From assembly GCA_001774945.1 (NCBI GenBank), contig MFBL01000043.1:2782-66781 (forward strand): 64,000 bases of DNA, read 5' to 3'. The position numbers and the translations under genes are program-made. How positions within the stretch are numbered: the first letter of the stretch is position 1; each line of letters opens with the position of its first letter. This DNA is from Candidatus Curtissbacteria bacterium RIFCSPHIGHO2_12_FULL_41_17. GTDB lineage: Bacteria > Patescibacteriota > Microgenomatia > Curtissbacterales > GWA2-41-24. Below, in pieces: positions 59,087 to 64,000 of the stretch. The notes under the pieces were generated by a model. That model was given only the letters and a program-made list of their open reading frames with translations. It made no database searches and had not been told where the DNA came from.

Positions 59087-60034
59087 TTAATTTTGACTAA
59101 GCCATTCAATATACTTGGCAAGTCCCTGCGGTAGTTCTGTTCTTGATTCCCACCCAAGGAGTTTTTTTGCTTTTACTATATTTGCCCAGGTAACTTCAAC
59201 ATCACCGGCTTGTTTGGGCAACATTTTAATTTTGGCCTTTTTGCCAGTCGCTGTCTCCAGCGTTTTGATGAAATCGGCCAAAGTTATCGGATGGCTATTG
59301 CCAAGGTTAATGATTTCAAAATCGAAGGCTACGTCTAAGGCTCTCAGAATGCCATCGACAATGTCGTCAATATAGGTGTAATCGCGACTTGTTAATCCAT
59401 TACCGAATTGACCAATTTCTTTTCCCTTCAATATAGCTTTAGTGAAGAGCGCTGGTGCCATATCAGGCCTGCCACGAGGACCATAAACGGTAAAGAGTCT
59501 CAAGATGGTTGCCTTAAGACCAAAATTACGGTGAAATGTTTCTACAAAAAATTCGGCTGCTCTTTTGGATGCGCCATATGGGGAGATAATGGCACCACAT
59601 GGATCATCTTCAGAAAATGGCAATCTTTTGGAGTTGCCATAAACGGACGAAGAAGAGCCATATATAAATTGACCAACCCCTGCATTACTTGCGATTTTTA
59701 AAAGATTGACTGTCCCCAAAACGTTTACCTCGGCATAAAGTAATGGATCAGCAATAGAAGCTCGAACACCTGCTCTTGCCGCCAGATGGATAACTTTTTC
59801 CGGTCTTTCTTGGGCAAAAATCTCACCAAGCCTCGAAAGATCAAGGATGTCCATTCGATACAGCCTGAACTTTTTGTAAGACATGGCGGATTGAATATTT
59901 TTTTCTTTAACAGCCGGATTGTAATAATCGTTAAAATTGTCAATGCCTATCACCTCATATCCCTCACCAAGTAATCTCTCAGTCAGATTTGAACCAACGA
60001 ACCCCGCACATCCAGTAACAAGTATTTTTTTCAT
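59087..60034 (-). CDS. UDP-glucuronate 4-epimerase-like SDR
   Basis: VTGCAGFVG, HLAARAGVR, SSSSVYG, YGASK, FTVYGPRGRPDMA. Confidence 0.88.
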   Translation of the reverse strand: MKKILVTGCAGFVGSNLTERLLGEGYEVIGIDNFNDYYNPAVKEKNIQSAMSYKKFRLYRMDILDLSRLGEIFAQERPEKVIHLAARAGVRASIADPLLYAEVNVLGTVNLLKIASNAGVGQFIYGSSSSVYGNSKRLPFSEDDPCGAIISPYGASKRAAEFFVETFHRNFGLKATILRLFTVYGPRGRPDMAPALFTKAILKGKEIGQFGNGLTSRDYTYIDDIVDGILRALDVAFDFEIINLGNSHPITLADFIKTLETATGKKAKIKMLPKQAGDVEVTWANIVKAKKLLGWESRTELPQGLAKYIEWLSQN

Positions 60035-61272
60035 TCTGACGTTTTTAATTTAAAATAGCCTGCATTCAATAAATAATTGTATATAATTTCCGCGGCAAGT
60101 TCATGCCCTGTTTTATTCCAGTGATAGTCCTGACTAAAATACAACGGGAATTTACCACTTTGTTTAAATCCCGGTAATAAATTAATCGTTGGTATATCAT
60201 GCGAATTTAATCTTTCAGTCAATTCATACTCAAAAGGTTCTCGTGTGTCCGAAAAGTTTTCATCAACGCTTATTAACGTTCTGCCAGGCCATTCTTTAGA
60301 TGAAACCTGAATCGCATCCGGTATTGCTATAACAACAAATGGAATATTTTTTTCTTCAAGTAATTTTTTCATATTAACTAAATTAGTAATTGGTATTTTC
60401 CACAGCTTCTGCCAGTCGTCCTCACTAATGTCATCTCCTCTTATTATTGAGTAAATATCATGATCTATATCTCCGGTAAGGGATTGGTTCTCTTTTTCAT
60501 CTCTTACTGTATTTTTTATAAAATTTATCGTGAATTTATAAATTCTTATATTTTCTCGAAGCCACTTTTTGATAAGATAAACCGTTTTGCTTTTTTCGAT
60601 TTCTTGATTCTTTTCAATAGCGGCAGACTTATTTATTTTTTCAAAATCAAATTCTACTTGACCACTTTCAATCTTTGCTAATATGGCATCCTCACCAAGA
60701 TCAGGGTAGCTAAAGATTAATTCTTCGAATCTTTTGTTGTCATCGAAAAAGTCTGTAATGGTAAACGCATACATCATGAGATCTGGATTAAATAATAACC
60801 CTACTTTTTTTAAATATAAATATTGAGTTAACGGAGAATGTCCAAAAATTGCCAGGTTAATAATATTAATATTTACGTTTGGGTTATTTTCATTAAATCT
60901 CTTTTCGATAATAGTTGAATATCTGTCTTCAAGCTCTACTCCATGTCCTTGAGTAAAAGAATCACCGAGCAAAACTAATCTGTATTCATCATCTGGTTTG
61001 TAAAAACTTAAGTCCTCATCCCTAATGCCTAAATTATTGATGGAGAATTCTACATCCCATTCGTCTGAAATTTGTCTGCAGACCGTATTCGGAATCATTA
61101 CGTTATGAAAATATTTATCCAAGCTTGAGCATTGTCCGCCGTCGCTAGATTTATCTTCAGTAATTCTAAGATACACATCGACTGTTAAAATCGAGAAGAA
61201 TAATCCAAAAATAAATAAAACCAATTGAAATCGATACTTTTTTAAAACTTTCAAAATTTTATTGAGAAGCAC
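60031..61272 (-). CDS. membrane-anchored SGNH/GDSL (AlgX/AlgJ-like) hydrolase or acetyltransferase
   Basis: N-terminal TM, NNLGIRD, LGDSFTQG, DYHWNKTGH (DxH). Confidence 0.8.
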   Translation of the reverse strand: MLLNKILKVLKKYRFQLVLFIFGLFFSILTVDVYLRITEDKSSDGGQCSSLDKYFHNVMIPNTVCRQISDEWDVEFSINNLGIRDEDLSFYKPDDEYRLVLLGDSFTQGHGVELEDRYSTIIEKRFNENNPNVNINIINLAIFGHSPLTQYLYLKKVGLLFNPDLMMYAFTITDFFDDNKRFEELIFSYPDLGEDAILAKIESGQVEFDFEKINKSAAIEKNQEIEKSKTVYLIKKWLRENIRIYKFTINFIKNTVRDEKENQSLTGDIDHDIYSIIRGDDISEDDWQKLWKIPITNLVNMKKLLEEKNIPFVVIAIPDAIQVSSKEWPGRTLISVDENFSDTREPFEYELTERLNSHDIPTINLLPGFKQSGKFPLYFSQDYHWNKTGHELAAEIIYNYLLNAGYFKLKTSE

Positions 61273-61276
61273 AATA

Positions 61277-62236
61277 CTATAAATAGTCTTTGAAATATTT
61301 AATCGTTACTTTAAGTCCTTCTTCAAGTGAGATTTTAGGTTCCCAATTTAAATTCTTTTTTGCTTTGCTGATATCAGGTCTGCGCTGGTGGGGATCATCT
61401 ATAGGTAGATCTTGAAAAACTATTTTACTTTTGCTGTTGGTGAGTCTCTTTATGAGTTTAGCGAATTCTAAGATTGTTCTTTCATCGTCATTTCCGATAT
61501 TAAATATCTCGCCGGGTCCTCCTTTTCTCATTGCTAGGATTTGTCCTTCGACTTGGTCGTCAACATAACAAAATGATCTTGTCTGTTTCCCGTTACCGTA
61601 GATTGTGATTGGCTTATTCGAAAGAGCCTGCTTTATAAAATTGACTACAGCTCTTCCTTCGGCAATATTCATTCTTGGTCCATATGTATTAAAAATTCTG
61701 GTGATTATGGCATTAAGACCTTTCTCTCTGACAAATGTTGAAACAATCGTCTCGCCAAATCTTTTTGCCTCGTCATAAACAGATCTTGGGCCTGTGGGGG
61801 AAACATTACCTCGATATCCTTCTGACTGAGGCGAAACTTGTGGATCGCCATAGACTTCGGAAGTTGAAGCAAAAGAAAGTTTGGCTTTATGTTTAAGTGC
61901 CAGCTCACACATGTTCCATGTGCCGATTGTATTAACCTGCATAGTTTCAAATGGATGGTTTAGGTAGGAGAAAGAAGAGTTCTTGTTTGGATCCGCAGGA
62001 GAAGCCAGATGGTAAATTTCGTCAATTTTTCGGAATTTATTGCTTTTGAAAGGTTTTACGACGTCATGATTGAAAAAGAAAAAAGTTTTTCTTCCCAGTA
62101 AATGTGCAATATTTTTTTGCGAACCGGTTATAAGATTATCTAGACAGATGACGGTATCACCACGATTGACCAGTTTCTCACACAGGTGTGATCCGATGAA
62201 ACCAGCGCCACCAGTAACTAGAATTGTCTTTGTCAT
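61277..62236 (-). CDS. UDP-glucuronate decarboxylase (UDP-xylose synthase)
   Basis: VTGGAGFIGSH, HLASPA, ASTSEVYGDP, GPRSVYDEAKR, RIFNTYGPRM, DDP..RRPDI. Confidence 0.9.
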   Translation of the reverse strand: MTKTILVTGGAGFIGSHLCEKLVNRGDTVICLDNLITGSQKNIAHLLGRKTFFFFNHDVVKPFKSNKFRKIDEIYHLASPADPNKNSSFSYLNHPFETMQVNTIGTWNMCELALKHKAKLSFASTSEVYGDPQVSPQSEGYRGNVSPTGPRSVYDEAKRFGETIVSTFVREKGLNAIITRIFNTYGPRMNIAEGRAVVNFIKQALSNKPITIYGNGKQTRSFCYVDDQVEGQILAMRKGGPGEIFNIGNDDERTILEFAKLIKRLTNSKSKIVFQDLPIDDPHQRRPDISKAKKNLNWEPKISLEEGLKVTIKYFKDYL

Positions 62237-62248
62237 ACCTTTTACGTT

Positions 62249-62273
62249 TACCCGAGGTTTTTAACCCGTGGTA
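62249..62273. repeat. degenerate intergenic palindrome related to the hairpin at 12315
   Basis: TACCCGAGGTT-TTT-AACCCGTGGTA; right arm shares CCGTGG with the 12315-12334 hairpin. Confidence 0.35.
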
Positions 62274-62297
62274 CTCGTGATACTTTGATACCCCCAA

Positions 62298-63422
62298 TCA
62301 TAAAATTTTCTCTAGTGCTGCTACCATATAATCTATTTCTGACCTTTTAAGTTTAGGATACATCGGCAATCTGATCAAAGTCGCAGCCACATCCTCCGTT
62401 ACGGGCAGATCTCTTATTTTATAACCCAGTTTTCTGCCCATCGGGGAAGTATGAAGAGGCAGATAATGAAAAGAGGCCTCGATTCCATAAGTTCGCAAAC
62501 CCGCAATTACTCGATCTCTTAATAGTCTCGGTACTCTAATCGCAAAAATGTGCCAGTTAGGTTCAGTTTCCTCGGTAATTTGCGGCAGAATCAATTTCGA
62601 GGAAAGTTTTTTTAACTTTTTTATTAAGTAATCAGCATTCTTCTCTCTGAGTCTGGTTATTTCCGCCAGCTTCTTTACCTGCTCCAGCGCTATTGCTGAG
62701 AGAATATCAGAAAGTATTAGACTTCTTCCGACCGAAACCCAGGAATACTTTTTTCTTTCACCTCGGATAAAAGAAGACCGATTTGTTCCCTTTTCACGAA
62801 TTATTTCGGCGCGCTTAAAAATCGCAAGATCCCTAGTTACAAAGGCACCGCCTTCTCCGCTGGCTACATTTTTTGTGCCGTGGAACGAAAAGCATCCCAC
62901 ATCAGATAGCGTCCCTAAGTAGCTACCGTCATATTTACTGCCTAAAGCATGAGCAGCATCCTCGATTACTAAAAGTCCATGATCTCTGGCAATGTTCGAG
63001 ATAGCGTTCATATCGCAAGCCATTCCGGCATAGTGAATAACCATAATTGCTTTGGTTTTTTTAGTGATTTTTTTCTCTATGTCGACAGGATCAATGTTGT
63101 AGCTTGTAATGTCGATATCCGCAAAAACAGGTTTGGCTCCGCAAAGCTTTATTGCATTTGCGCAGGAGGAGAAGGTAAAGCTTGGAAGTATAACCTCGTC
63201 GCCTCGCTTAACAAGACAGGCGCATGCAAGCTCCAGCGCCGCTGTTCCGGAGCCGGTCGGCAAAACATATTTTATGCCAAGATAGCTTGCGAGTTCATCT
63301 GCCAACTGTTCACTATAGGCCAAATCGCCGATGCCTGTTCCTTGGCGCATGGCATCAATAACCGCTTTTTCTTCTTCTTTTCCCCAAAAAGGTTTATGCA
63401 AGGGGATGATGTAATCAGTCAT
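62298..63422 (-). CDS. wecE: dTDP-4-amino-4,6-dideoxygalactose transaminase-like (WecE/RffA)
   Basis: SGTAALE, PSFTFSS, HYAG, FSFHGTKN..SGEGG, IIREKGTNRS.F, FHYLPLH; start MTDYII at 63422. Confidence 0.8.
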   Translation of the reverse strand: MTDYIIPLHKPFWGKEEEKAVIDAMRQGTGIGDLAYSEQLADELASYLGIKYVLPTGSGTAALELACACLVKRGDEVILPSFTFSSCANAIKLCGAKPVFADIDITSYNIDPVDIEKKITKKTKAIMVIHYAGMACDMNAISNIARDHGLLVIEDAAHALGSKYDGSYLGTLSDVGCFSFHGTKNVASGEGGAFVTRDLAIFKRAEIIREKGTNRSSFIRGERKKYSWVSVGRSLILSDILSAIALEQVKKLAEITRLREKNADYLIKKLKKLSSKLILPQITEETEPNWHIFAIRVPRLLRDRVIAGLRTYGIEASFHYLPLHTSPMGRKLGYKIRDLPVTEDVAATLIRLPMYPKLKRSEIDYMVAALEKIL

Positions 63423-63436
63423 AAATAACAAGGTCT

Positions 63437-63553
63437 AAATTTCAAATTACAAACAATATCAAAATAACAATCATTAAAACTCAAAACTGTTTAGAATTTA
63501 TAATTTTGGATTTAAGATTTGTTTGGAATTTGCTATTTGTTATTTGTGATTTT
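63437..63553. repeat. imperfect inverted repeat built from 7-bp AAATNNN units, overlapping the 3' end of the GT2 gene
   Basis: Minus strand reads AAATCAC AAATAAC AAATAGC AAATTCC AAAC AAATCTT AAATCCA AAATTAT AAATTCT AAAC; a similar arm lies on the plus strand at 63437-63480. Confidence 0.6.
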
Positions 63554-64000
63554 AAACGGATCAGGTTTTTGATGTAGTCAATTGTGTCGGGTATGAGTCT
63601 AACTGTGGATTTTTTATCTCTTCTTCGGACAAAAAGTACCGGAATCTCACTAATCGTAAGTCCCATCCAGTATGCTTTGGCGCATATCTCTGTATCCCAG
63701 AACCAATGGTTATCTCTTACCTTGAAAAGCACAGGAAGTATCCTATCTCTCTTGAAAAACTTGTAGCCGGCTTCGGTATCGGATATTGGAATTCTGATCG
63801 ATGCCTTTACCAAAAAAGAATAGATTTTTGAAGCTAAAAACCTTGCAAGTGATTTATAACCGGCCTCAAAATACCTTTTTCCAACAACCATGTCGTAGCC
63901 TTTTTTAATTTCATCTACGAAAATGGGAATATAATTTTCCGAAATTTCCAAATCAACATCCAAATAGCCGCAGATTTCTCCTTTTGCTGCCCTGATTCCA
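63481..64000 (-). CDS. GT2 polyprenol-phosphate glycosyltransferase (DPM/ALG5-like), 5' part outside the window
   Basis: GYLDVDLE, DMVVG.R, DTEAGYKFF, WFWDTE, EIPV, KSTV; frame open to the window edge. Confidence 0.85.
   Translation of the reverse strand, partial: GIRAAKGEICGYLDVDLEISENYIPIFVDEIKKGYDMVVGKRYFEAGYKSLARFLASKIYSFLVKASIRIPISDTEAGYKFFKRDRILPVLFKVRDNHWFWDTEICAKAYWMGLTISEIPVLFVRRRDKKSTVRLIPDTIDYIKNLIRLKSQITNSKFQTNLKSKIINSKQF

Noticed and set aside
75-63766. Many short ORFs (60-170 aa) antisense to or nested within the long genes, e.g. 18455-18967, 31463-31942, 31797-32279, 37248-37688, 62979-63428
   Set aside because: They lie within well-supported genes, show no recognisable motifs and are best explained as shadow ORFs.
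1-64000. CRISPR array, tRNA/rRNA, transposase, integrase or defence genes
   Set aside because: No regularly spaced repeats, intergenic gaps are all under about 100 bp, and every long ORF fits glycan-related families.

Overview
The window is one continuous, densely packed surface-glycan biosynthesis region of about 59 genes in an AT-rich bacterium using the standard code. A Patescibacteria/CPR-like origin is my inference from gene style (lysine-rich proteins, many GT-C membrane proteins, weak Shine-Dalgarno signals, -10 boxes close to start codons) and cannot be proven from this window. A mostly + strand arm (1-25373) converges on a mostly - strand arm (25375-64000). Recognisable modules: (i) an amino-sugar/GT4 block followed by three paralogous GT-C membrane transferases; (ii) a WbpA/B/E/I-like diamino-uronate block with no WbpD, carrying an ATP-grasp protein and an unusual HAD + phospho-His + PEP-binding-barrel fusion; (iii) a pseudaminic-acid block (pseB, pseC, pseH-like, pseI, pseF-like) with two amidotransferases, HisF/HisH paralogues, a formyltransferase and an extra oxidoreductase/aminotransferase pair, but no recognisable PseG; (iv) a C-methyl sugar block; (v) a CDP-3,6-dideoxy/YerE-like branched-sugar block with Ldh_2, DJ-1/PfpI, cupin and HAD accessory genes; (vi) wzm/wzt and UDP-GlcA-derived sugar enzymes. 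No rRNA, tRNA, CRISPR array or transposase was seen. Small-scale oddities are a 135-bp in-frame palindromic insertion inside a membrane-protein gene, two poly-G tracts, a heptamer inverted repeat and a palindromic bidirectional -10 box. All functional calls come from motif recognition by eye; no database search was run.
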